From Folioceros fuciformis (taxonomy: Eukaryota), in the NCBI GenBank assembly GCA_049999805.1, contig JBNGIO010006356.1:145139-177415 (forward strand): a stretch of 32,277 nucleotides of DNA. Reading direction: 5' to 3'. This document shows, one piece after another, positions 11,699-22,161 of the stretch (position 1 is its first letter; each line of letters begins with the position of its first letter). A model generated the notes under the pieces. It was not told the origin of the DNA and ran no database searches. It saw only the letters and a list, made by a program, of their open reading frames with translations. The translations under genes and the position numbers were made by a program.

Positions 11699-12562
11699 TG
11701 GAGTGAAGAAGCAACAACTGTTCTGATAGAAGCCTATCATGAGATGCACCTGGTGCACCTCAAGCAAGGTAATCTTAGTGCAAGACACTAGAATGAGGTG
11801 GCTGCTGAAGTTAGCAACAACTATGGCCTTCTTGGTGTGACTGCAAAAAAGTGGATGAAAATGATGAAAATGAAAAATCTCAAGAAACGGTACCAAAAGG
11901 AGAAGGAGCAAAAAACAGCAACAGGAAGCATCAATTCCTCGTGGCCTCACTTCCATGTGATGGCAAACCTTTGTGACAAAAGCCCCAATTTAAGGGATTC
12001 CAGGTGCCTCGGATCCGTACAAGTCAAAGATGTCACAAGGTACCTGCCAACTCACCTTCAGATGCTGCAAAGAGTGGAACTTACTTATTTGATTTGGAGC
12101 AAGCTTCTCAAGGTGATTCACCACATGCACCCCATCATGTCACTTCCAAAGCTCAAGAGACAATGGAGGAGCACTATGCACAATCCCCAAGTAAGCCAGG
12201 CACTACAGAACAAGACAACATGAGTGATCTTATACAAGGCAAAAAAGGTCAAGCGTATAAGGTCTTCTATTTCAGGAGTGGGAAAGAAAATTGCAGCAGA
12301 CTTCTCATTTTTCGCTGATTGTCTGGCAAAGATTGAAGTGGCCAAAATAACAAACCAACTTCACAGGCAACAACTGATATTGCAGCATGAGCTCCGCCAN
12401 NNNNNNNNNNNNNNNNNNNNNNNNNNNNNNNNNNNNNNNNNNNNNNNNNNNNNNNNNNNNNNNNNNNNNNNNNNNNNNNNNNNNNNNNNNNNNNNNNNNC
12501 TCCGCCAAGATGAATTACAGATGGAAAACCAATTGAAAATTGCAGCGATGCTTGGAGGGTAA
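11699..12562 (+). pseudogene. Harbinger ORF1, Myb/SANT (trihelix-like) DNA-binding protein, disrupted
   Basis: WSEEATTVLIEAYHEM..LKQGNLSARH*NEVAAEVS...KMKNLKKRYQKEK...SSWPHFHVM, where a conserved Trp codon has become TAG. Frameshifts follow, then a C-terminal coiled coil (QDELQMENQLKIAAML). Confidence 0.8.
12400..12499. other. Assembly gap (100 N)
   Basis: Run of 100 N; CTCCGCCA occurs on both flanks. Confidence 0.99.
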
Positions 12563-13249
12563 CCTGAAGGAGGCCTTGGTGAACATAGCAGAAGTGGCAA
12601 GAAAGGTAGGATGTAGATGACAAACAAACTCCTAGGACTTGTGCCAGACTTGGAAGGGAGAAGGGCAACAAGTGAACAAGACTCCAAACAAGGCAAGTTG
12701 GCTCCATGCAAGGTTGCTTGCCCATCAAAGAAGGCGGGCAAGTTGCTTGCCTACCAAGAAGACAAGAGACTCCATGCAGGGTAAGAAGGTTGCTACTATC
12801 TTGGCAAGAAGATTCCCTTCAAGAAAGTAGCATGTTTTCCACATGTGCTTGTGGTGTGGCAAGTTAGTTGGTAGGTAGTGGAATTTGGTGGTACATTGCA
12901 TGTAAGGATGTGTGCATCTGGTAGTAGCTTGTAGTACATTTGTTTTATATGTGCTCTCATATTTGGTTGTTTCAACTTCATGGACCAATTTTCGTAGCAA
13001 TTTTAAATAAAAAAATTTCCATAGAAATTGAAGCAGTCATATATCGAAGTTTCTAAACATATGTTTGTATGCCACAAACAACTTTGCTACTATAAAACCT
13101 CAAACATCTTCGGTCCCTTTGTTTTTCTAATACTCAAACAACGTATTCCGTTTTATCACTGCTATGTTGTGCATCCGATACTCTGCAAGAGCTTCCCAAG
13201 TATGATTACACTTAGTTTCATGTAGTGGAAATGAGTCTTCATCATATTA

Positions 13250-15050
13250 TCGTACTTCTAACTCTCCAACCTACACGCAAAAATTATGAAGTGCGCAACA
13301 AGCGATGAGGACTTGTGGAGCATACCTCAAACACACGTTAAGATTCTTTAGAATACACCACTTATTTTTCAACAAGGCAAAAGCATTCTCCACTTTCACT
13401 CTGCCCCTTCTCAATGATCAATTGAAATGTTTTTAGTCCGATCTTCACCTGTTGCATGAAATGATTTCATAAGGAAAGGGATTAATGGGTAAGCACTATC
13501 ATCTAAGATATGTGGAGTCATTTCAATATCCTCAATATGTAGAATAGGGTCTCTTAAAATAACACTTGTCTTCATCTTCTCTCATATGCTACTCTCCCTA
13601 AGAATTGTAGCATCATGAACTCCACCAGGATGAGTGCAACGTACATCGGTGAATTTTTGTCAGTATCACATACTCCTTGTAGTACAACAGAGTGAATATC
13701 ATGATGACACCAGTACGCAAGTAGGTTATCTATCCTATTAGGTTGTGTAGCGAGCTTAATGTGAGAACATCTATAGCTCAAACCATATTGGGTAGACCCG
13801 AGAGTTGGTTGAACTTTGAAGTTGTTAGCTCTAGTTCCATCTCTATAGGCCAATGAACCAATTTAAAAAATAACTTTTCCTCGTAGGGTCACTTTCCATG
13901 TGTACCCAAATCCATTTGGATAAATAAGTTTTAGGGCACTTTCCATGTTCCATAACACCATGTACGTGGCCAAAAAGTGCCGGATTTTAAGGGCACTCAC
14001 CGGGACAAAACGCTGCTCCCGGTGGTGCACCTCAGATTTGGTTCTTTGCCACCGCCACCATCTCAGAAATAGCTCTTTGTTGTTAGCGCGATCATGGCCG
14101 ATCGTCAAGACCACCCGATTCTCGCAGCTATGATGGCCGTTGTGGTCACAATCCGAAGCGCCAAGTATATAGCATTGCAGTTACATCTACAAGCAAGCTT
14201 AGTGCCTACGAAATGTAGGGAGGAAATGTGCAAAGGGAGGAGGAGGTCTATGTGGAACTATAGAAGGCAATGGAGAGCTCTCGGCGTGATGCTGCTGAGA
14301 GAAAGGCAAAAAAAATTGCTGTGACTGAAAAGGAGGTTGTTAGGAATCGAGAACCAAGGGCTGATTGAATGCCATTGTTTATTATGTACTTCCGGTATGC
14401 TACATGACACCATGACAATCTTTGCAGTGGAGAAAAAACAATGTGGCTACTCTACAAAGTGATGGGATGTACTAGTGAAAGGCACTGCCCATAGCCTGTA
14501 AGGCAGCCAACATATGCTACTCTCCCTAAGAATAGGGCGCTAAATGTTGGCTCAAAAAGGGGAAAGGAGGGTTAGGGAGGGCCAAAACTAATTGGGGAAT
14601 CTTTCCTCCCTCTATAAGCAGACTGCCCTATTTTTAGTAGTTTTGGTTTTGTTTCAGCTACATGGAAAGGGGCAGTTACTCAATATCTCTAAAATCATAA
14701 TGATGTACTGAGCCATAGTTTAGGCTCCTACGCTATACGTATCTGCAACAATACGAGGTGGCAACCCCTTAGCAAGCCGATGGAGCACCATAGCAATTGC
14801 ATGGTGGAGTTGCAGAGGTGCCCTAATCGATGTACGAGGCATGTAGGCGCGTAGCCTATCAACTAAGACCAGAAAGTTAGGATATGACATTCTATAAGAA
14901 AATCGCCATTGAGCATCCCGCATCTTAACTCCATTGCTATGCCATGCTCGCATATGAATATCTCTCCATAACGTGATTTGCTAAGGAAACTTCCACCATT
15001 CTCTCTTCCACTTCTTGGATCATACTTCTTCCAAAACTTCACTCATGGCA
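13250..15050 (-). pseudogene. Harbinger DDE transposase (HARBI1-like), disrupted and split by a nested insertion
   Basis: Motifs in order: WRFSYRMSYPNF..LVDRL, AIAMVLHRLAKG...VADTYSVGA, [insertion], EEKLFFKLVHWP, GLPNMV*AID/SHIKL, HSVVLQGVCD, HDATILRESS, ILDDSAYPLIPFLM, RVKVENAFALLKNKWCILK, ACCALHNFC. It has stops and frameshifts. Confidence 0.9.
13886..14675. mobile_element. Nested ~790-bp non-autonomous TIR element (probably Harbinger/Tourist-like) inside the transposase
   Basis: Imperfect 16-bp TIRs GGGTCACTTTCCATGT (13886-13901) and ACATGGAAAGGGGCAG (14660-14675), 12/16 matching, with flanks GTA and TTA. Removing it rejoins the transposase as ..EILS(N)EEKLFFKLVHWP. Confidence 0.7.
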
Positions 15051-16290
15051 AATAAGAAATCTACAATGAAAATAGAAGTTGACGATAAGTCATTATCAAA
15101 TGCAAGAGGTGTCTGATGATCCGGAGACCATAACAACATGGTTAGAAAAGTATACAATAATCCATCTATTAATATATAAAAATATACAAAAACTCCAAAA
15201 ATCCTATCACAATAGGAGAGAATAGAGATAAATCACAAAAAGCGCAAAGACACCAGAGAGACACATCACACCAAGCAGAAAGTGAGTGCTGGGCCACAGG
15301 ACAAGGGGACTATACAGTTTACAAATTAATAATTAATCTATTAATGAAGATTACCAACTTTGGACCCGGCCCGTCCTACCCGTTGACAATGAACTGCGGC
15401 CACAGTTTCCTTCTTAGCGCCGTTCGCGTCGAACGGCGCCGTGATCCACAGTTTTCAGCAGTTTTTCTAACTCGGGAAGCCCAGAACGAACTGCACAGTC
15501 CCGCCTTCGGTGTCGTGTGCATTGTGAAAGGCCCTTCAGTGCATACATGTATGAAGATAGTGCAAAATTTAGAAGGCATTTATTCCCCTACTAGCGGCCA
15601 ACTTTCCAATCATTACCATCCGAGTTGCAACAGAGCTCCCTGGGCCTCTCCCTACCCGCTGCACTGTGAATTTTTCCGCGTTTTCGGTTTTCTCTCCATC
15701 ACTTATCAAGTTATCAGCCCGGGTGGGTGACACGTCCATGGACGTCCTTGAACCCCCCCTTAATAGCCAGCTCTTGCAGTGTGATTTGGACTCTTCTTTC
15801 AAGTGGGCTCTGCCTCTTTAATCGTCCTTCCTACCTACCCTAGATGCCACTAGCAACGCCCTGGTCAGCAAGGGCTCATACCTCCACTAGCTTCTTGCAT
15901 CCGCGTACTGTACTCTACAGTACAGTACCATATTTCGAACTCGAGGGAAGGCCAAAAAGACGGATAGATAGACTTGTTTCATTGACAAAACAGGCAACAC
16001 CTTGGTTACAGAGGCAACATCCGAGAATGACGCCGCGACCAGCACAAAGAAAGATTCAAGACAGTCTAGCACATCCAGTGGACGCCACGCTCAAGAGAAT
16101 TGAGTACGAAGGTAACCAACCACGGTGGTCTCCGGTGCGCCCCAAATGGTCTTTTTTTTTTTTTCTTGTTCTTTTTTTTGGTATTTCCCGTTCATCTGGT
16201 ATGAGCTATAACAAGCTGGTTAGTAGCAGTGACGATGGCCTGCGCACACACGAGCACAGAACTAGGTAGGTGTCACCTTCGCCACTCGTC

Positions 16291-17297
16291 TCACATCTGG
16301 AGACATACATACGATGTGCAACGATCCAAGTGGGAAAACAAAGTGACTTGCACTGCGCTGCACTGCACTGCACTGCACTGCACACCTGTACGAAGGCGTC
16401 CACCAACTGCGCTGCGTTTCGAACACATTGATCAGAGTCGGCAGAGAGCCTCGCGAGAGCATCCAAGACGTCTTTGGTGTAGATGAGGAAGTCTCCTTGA
16501 CACACCTGCCAGGACATTGCGCAAGGATGCGGTGAAACGGATGCTCGCTCGGGAGTCCGAGGAGCAGAACAGAAAGTGGCTCCAGGAAACGTACCTTGGC
16601 TATGTTATAAATCGCTTCACACCCGTAGTACCGTACCCGACTATCTAGGTCAGTGAGCAAGCTGAGCACCGGTGGGGCAATGCGCTGCTCAGGCCAACAT
16701 CAGGTACAACTCAATGGTGTGATGAGGAGGGGCTTGCGGTCAAATCAAGCAAACGATACACGCAACAAACAAGGAATGAAAGAAAAGAAACGGAGTGCAC
16801 AGTAGAAGGTTGTTTACGTCAAGATACTGCATGGCTTCTGTTTCCATACCAATTGCTGCAGCCGCGAGTCCAATGAGACCACCCTGCCAAGTGACAACGC
16901 TCATAATTCGAAATTAGGGCTCCCATGCGCTAACCGGACAGACAAGTTCCGTGTGGCCTGCAGGAACCGTGAAGCAGGCTGGCAGGCAGGCAGGCAGGCC
17001 ACAAGGCAATTGCGGCCGAAAACCTACCTTCCTGCTGTTCACGTTGGACGAATGTGCGAGATCATTGGTCAGGACGGTTATCACCGCAGCAATTCTGTCA
17101 ATATCTCCCACGGCAACCAGCCCCCTCACCAATTTCTCCACCTGGCAAGCCGCGATGAGCCACCACTCTTTGGCAAACGGATCTGGAACACGCAAGCTTA
17201 CAGGCTGTACCTCTAGAGCCGCGACCCGGCGGGTGTCATACGAGCGATCCGAGAGACCGACGAGGATAGAGTTGGGCAGGGGCGCCGCGTCGGCCAT
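16291..17297 (-). CDS. VAC14: VAC14-like protein, N-terminal HEAT-repeat region only (~160 aa). Exons: 17297-17211, 17141-17028, 16883-16818, 16684-16595, 16505-16386, and a probable last exon from 16296 (ATG TGA)
   Basis: The spliced product MADAAPLPNSILVGLSDRSYDTRRVAALEVEKLVR...NSRKGGLIGLAAAAIGM...PPVLSLLTDLDSRVRYYGCEAIYNIAKV...LSADSDQCVRNAAQLVDAFVQ matches the VAC14 N-terminus (KGGLIGLAA, DSRVRYYACEALYNIAK, LSADSD). All introns are GT-AG, phase 0. No further VAC14 exons are visible. Confidence 0.8.
16348..16383. repeat. (CTGCA)n pentanucleotide microsatellite at the last VAC14 donor site
   Basis: TTGCACTGCGCTGCACTGCACTGCACTGCACTGCAC. Confidence 0.9.
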
Positions 17298-17958
17298 CTT
17301 CCTCTGCACCCGCCTCGGCTGTCACACGAGAGGCGAAAGGGCCGTGCTCCACCTCCCCAACCACTGCTGGCTGAGAGACCAGGGGCCCCCATTGTGCAGC
17401 AAGCTAGCTGTCCCTGCTCAGGTTGGGGCCGTCGCCACCAAGGGTGGGACAGAGCTGGACTGGTGGAATCCCGAAAGCACCGCACTCTATATTTCTTATG
17501 GCAACCCAGCGGTGGGACCCAGACCGGCGCCAGCAGTAACGGCAGCAGGCCTACTACACCACACCAAACGTTTAGGTACGTACGCACGCTGGCAACAATT
17601 TCCAGTCCACACTTCTTGCCTAATTAAAAACCTGTCCGTCATTTCTCCACTCCTTCCTTGTTTCCGTGGGGATTTTTAGATCCGAGAGCCAAAACACGAC
17701 TGTCGACGACAGCAAATTATCTCAGTACCCTTCAATAACATATTAGGTTCACCTCACGATCTACACCCTCCGGCTGCATTGGACAGCTAGGAGAAGCACC
17801 GGTGTGCCTGCTGCCAGCCACCTACAGTAGTCCTAGAAACAAAGAGGCAACCTGTCTGCTAAGATCCAGCTCTTCTCCACAACTCAGTAAACCTGCTACC
17901 AGTGCATGCATGATGCCCTTCTACATTTCTACTTCCAGATCTAAGTGCTACAAATGAA

Positions 17959-20002
17959 TCATCTGCGCGGAAAATGCAGCAGATTGACGAGGGGTCGAAG
18001 TGAGGGAAAAAGCAACCCGTCACCCCGACACTAATTCTCCCTCCCATACCCGTCTCCTCCCTCCCCCTCTTCTCCTCACTCTCCCTCTCCCTCTCCCTCA
18101 CCCTCACCTCCTCCCCTTCCCACCCAACAATATGTTTGCAATGAGCACATGTGTGGTCCCCTCCTACAGACTATGTTGCAGTAGCAGCAACAGCAATGCA
18201 AGGTCCTTCCCATTGGTCCACCAGCAATAGCTACCTGGAACTCCTATGGAGTTTGAACCCGAATATCCTGGGGACATAGCTTTGCGTCGGCTTTGCCGGT
18301 TTTATGTAAGGATACGTCATCAGGAAAAGGTGAGGAAAAGTCGTTCCAAAGAAAGCACCATCAATATCTTGAGAAGGTCAAGGGCACAAGATCTACATCC
18401 AGAACCGCAGACATACAGAGTGCTAACCAGCTAAGCGACATTAAACCAGGCTCTCTAGTGGTACAACACACTAGCAACATACCCTCAAGCTTGCCTCTGA
18501 ACTTCACTCAGAAACTAAACAACGCAAACACAAAGAAGTCTTGAATCAAGGATACTGCCTTGGTACTTTGACCTTGGATAATAAATATCTTCGCATTTCG
18601 GGCAATAGATTTTGACGGTACTCATTCGGGGAATATCAGATTGCCCCATGGGCAGGCAGGGCTGCCCGGAACAGTAGACTCTAGGACACCTCCCGAAGTC
18701 AACGTTCTTACACTTCTCAAGCTGCAAAGACATAAAAGGATCAGACTCTCGCGGGTCCCTTCCCACAGAAACGTAACAAGGACCATGCACAGAGACAGAG
18801 GAGCACCAACCATGGCATTCATTCCTTTGCTTGTCAAGATGTAGCGAACATGAATCAACCCATACAGCATTTCAGCTGCCGATTCTACGATCTCATTCTG
18901 CTCCTCCGTAAGCATGGCATCTGCACAGAAATTCCTCACCTCAACACAGGTCAGACGAGGGGACACAAAAGACGCTCATGTAACGTAATGTAATGTGCTC
19001 AGAATCACTGCACAACCAGCACCCACGATGACCTGAACCTCAACATAGCTAGGCGAAGAGAGACCCAATTCCTGCCACATTGACTTGAAACTCACCATTT
19101 GGGGAATCCATGTCCAGCATAAGGTCCAGGGCGTAGTCATAATAAGGTACTTGACTGCTCAGACCGCTGAGATTGAAGTCGTCTTGGATGTACTCGTAAT
19201 CGACCTCACAAAAAAACTCGTTTCCCCTCAGTCCACAAAACCAGGCAATCCACGAAGTGTCGTCCCCATCAGATCCACTCACATCGGATTCCTCACTGTC
19301 CGTGTCTGAGTCCTCACCTGCATTGTAGGAGGAGAGAAATAAGTTAAGAGAACCACCGACGAATGGCTTCACCAGCATGCAGCACATTCAACAGTAAACC
19401 TGTGCCCGGAAAAACAACATACGTAGCTCAGAGGAGTTTCCGCAGAGTACCTAGCTTCTAGTGATGAGACACACGCAGCAACAGCGACACAAGCGTGAGC
19501 ACCTCGGAGCACATAGCGTGGTGTCCACAAGGCTGGCCCAGGCCTCTCATACCCCCGCGATCCTAGAACCTAATGAACCAACCACAACCAAAACCCTAAC
19601 AAAAGTGGACACGAACAGACGACGCCACAACCGACTCAGTCTTAGCTAGGCTAGCGCTGGGCACGGAGACGAATCCAGAGCACAGATCCTTGAGCGGGTG
19701 TGGAGCGACAAGAATGGTGGCACAACGGGAGAGCGGGGCTTACCATCGTCTGGATACTTGGTCTTGTCGAACGCAGTTCGCGTGTCGGAATTGGTGTTCC
19801 GGCGGCCGGAGGATGTGGAAGGAGCTGACGGCCGCTCTTTTTCTCGTCCATTACCCCCCTTGGAAGTGGACGGTGAGGATTTTTCTATGACATCCTCCAC
19901 GCGCTTCTTAGAGTCCGCACCATCTCGGTAGAGAGAGGATTCGCCCTTGCCAGTGCCGGCTCTGCCATCGGTTACCTGCGACGAGCTCCGATCTTTGTAC
20001 AT
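17959..20002 (-). CDS. CKB: Casein kinase II regulatory beta subunit, ~297 aa. Exons: 20002-19744, 19317-19096, 18920-18811, 18721-18556, 18367-18235, 17962-17959 (or stop at 18231 if the last intron is retained)
   Basis: Plant-type N-terminal extension MYKDR..., then [49 protein letters not shown], the zinc ribbon [10 protein letters not shown]...YCPKC, and [19 protein letters not shown]...[11 protein letters not shown]. Splice phases are consistent. Confidence 0.96.
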
Positions 20003-20587
20003 GTCCTCAGATTGTGTCAGCTATGGAGGCTCCGGCCGTGCCAAGCTCCTACACCTCTCTCACCAGCTTCCGCTCTAGCGATTGCTCGCTACATATCCCG
20101 CAAACCGCTCCACCCGCACCCGGGCCGGCACAAGCCCGCTCGCCCCAGCGCGCGCGACACCACCTGATCCACGGCCGACCCTGATCGCAGGCCTCTAGAG
20201 CCCTCTCAGGGGGCCGGTCTGCACACCGACCCTCCAAATGTACCCAGGTCAAGCACCCGAGTCACCCTAAACATGAAAGCCACGTATGTACATACAGTAG
20301 TACGTTGTTGTTCTTGACTCCGGTAAAATCAAGTTTCTCCACCCTTCCATTGTCTCGCATGCCACGCCCCTTTAACGTTTCATGCAGCGGGTTCTTTCGC
20401 CTCTTGGACCATTCGTTCCCGTGTCTTCCGGATGCATCTCATCTCACCTCACCTCACGCATACACAATACCATACCATACCATACCATATCCGCGGGAGG
20501 CAAATGTTTTGGAAACAAATGCTTTGTTTATTTCTTTCCTGTTAACAGTGTGATAGAAAATACAAGAATTCTATTCTACTCCATTTA

Positions 20588-20591
<4 letters not shown>

Positions 20592-20621
<30 letters not shown>
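20592..20621. repeat. (AT)n microsatellite, ~15 units
   Basis: Uninterrupted ATAT run. Confidence 0.97.
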
Positions 20622-20623
<2 letters not shown>

Positions 20624-22161
20624 TGTTACATGGTTAGATATATTTTTAATATTATTTTCTTTTCATGCAAATCTACTTGACCAACACGCTCTAGGACTCA
20701 TTTCATACGAGACTTAGTTAAGACTTAGTTCTCCTCTTTGAACTATTTTTAGCTTCTACTGCACCAAGTTCCATAACAGCTCTTGCTCAATGCTATATAC
20801 AAAGTGGCTATGGTGTCATATATAGCCTTGTCATCCTGAAATTATTGGTTGCCTTCCTTCTTAAAAGATGAGAAATTTGAGGATGTGAGGTTGGGCTCAT
20901 ACACACCACATATGTCACCCCATCCTTTGCCTTTGTTGGGGTCCTTGCCAAAACTTCAAGTGGTCTAATCACTCTATTAGTAGCTGTAATGCTCGAATTG
21001 GAAGTGGTATGGCAACATCCCACTTGGGTGTGCTAAGTACGCTAGGGCCATTTCAGAAGAACTTGCTTAGCTTACTGTATATATACTGCTGCTTCAAATA
21101 TCATGGTGTTTCTTATATATAGAATTGAGATGTTTATGACACCAAGTCTGAACAAGGAGTCTGAACAAGTAGCTAGTGGTGCATCTACTTTGAAACCTCA
21201 CTTTGGAACAATAGCTAGTTACCTCTTGGATGACACACAAAAATTCTTAACTTTTATTAGGACGCTTATCATAGTTCTATGGTACCACTTTTATTACTAC
21301 AGTAAAAACAAATCCTCGTAGCCCCATATATTTAGAGGAAATTGGCTTGGATATTTGAACATATTTTATGATAAAACTTCTGACGAAATATTTTTAATGT
21401 AAGGTATCTTTTTACACGTCTGAAAACAAAGAGTAGCCCTTTCTGCGCTTTAAAGATGGCTTCAAGACTTAATCTTTCGTTATTCTATTCGAATACTAAA
21501 GTACCCGCAAATTGCATTTTTCTAAAAAAACATTCCACACCAATTTCAACATCATGTCCCGAGAGCTACAAAATGCCTCTAGACTGTTCCTTCAGATGCT
21601 TCAACTTGACCTGCTATGACCCAGGACCTTCCAGCCTTCAGGTATGGACGGGCCTGTTCGCGATACCGAGCCGAGCTGTACCCCGTTCGCCCGCTGACGT
21701 GGCACGTAGAACTTCCCAAGGGGCACGCTGACATCTACCGGAGGTATGTTGTCCTTCGTGCCCGACTGCGCGCAGAAACAAATCCAGCCTGGAGGTGTTC
21801 TGTTCTCCGCCTTTGTCCCTTCACGATCTCTAACACGTGCTATCTATCTCTTCGGATGCTCCTTCACCTCCACATCATATGGAAGCCAGTTGAGCTCCAC
21901 CCTTGCTCTCCTCTTCATTCAGGCCAGGTTGAGTATCTCAGATTCCGCAAAATGTACTGGATTCTCCCTCTTCAACGTCCACTTTGCTCCCACCGGACAA
22001 ATCCCTGCGAGTCACGCGGACGGGCAAGACCATCTTGCGAGTTGTCCTGCGAGGGATATTGCTGAATTTTCTGGGACCTATGCCAGCGATGCTGCCGCTT
22101 TTCACCTCGCTACCAGCTCTGTTAAACTTATTCCAAACACTTGCTTTTCGAACACCGTATG

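Larger units (their letters stand above)
11186..15535. mobile_element. PIF/Harbinger DNA transposon, full-length but inactive
   Basis: Perfect 15-bp TIRs AGGGCCTTTCACAAT (11186-11200) and ATTGTGAAAGGCCCT (15521-15535). The 3-bp TSD TCA is at 11183-11185 and 15536-15538. It contains convergent Myb/SANT and DDE transposase ORFs. Confidence 0.95.

Noticed and set aside
12391..12510. Apparent CTCCGCCA duplication around a gap (likewise TGGTA around 29301-29400)
   Set aside because: Probably contig-end overlap at unsized scaffold gaps, not a biological target-site duplication.
11699..15050. Domesticated Harbinger gene pair (ALP1/ALP2 or HDP1/HDP2 type)
   Set aside because: Both ORFs have stops and frameshifts and still sit within TIRs and a TSD.
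15569..16269. ORFs downstream of the VAC14-like gene as possible further exons
   Set aside because: No similarity to the expected VAC14 continuation (DIVTES.../FIPLL.ER); composition is UTR-like.
16951..17679. 242-aa plus-strand ORF
   Set aside because: Largely the antisense shadow of the VAC14-like exons in GC-rich DNA; no recognisable motifs.
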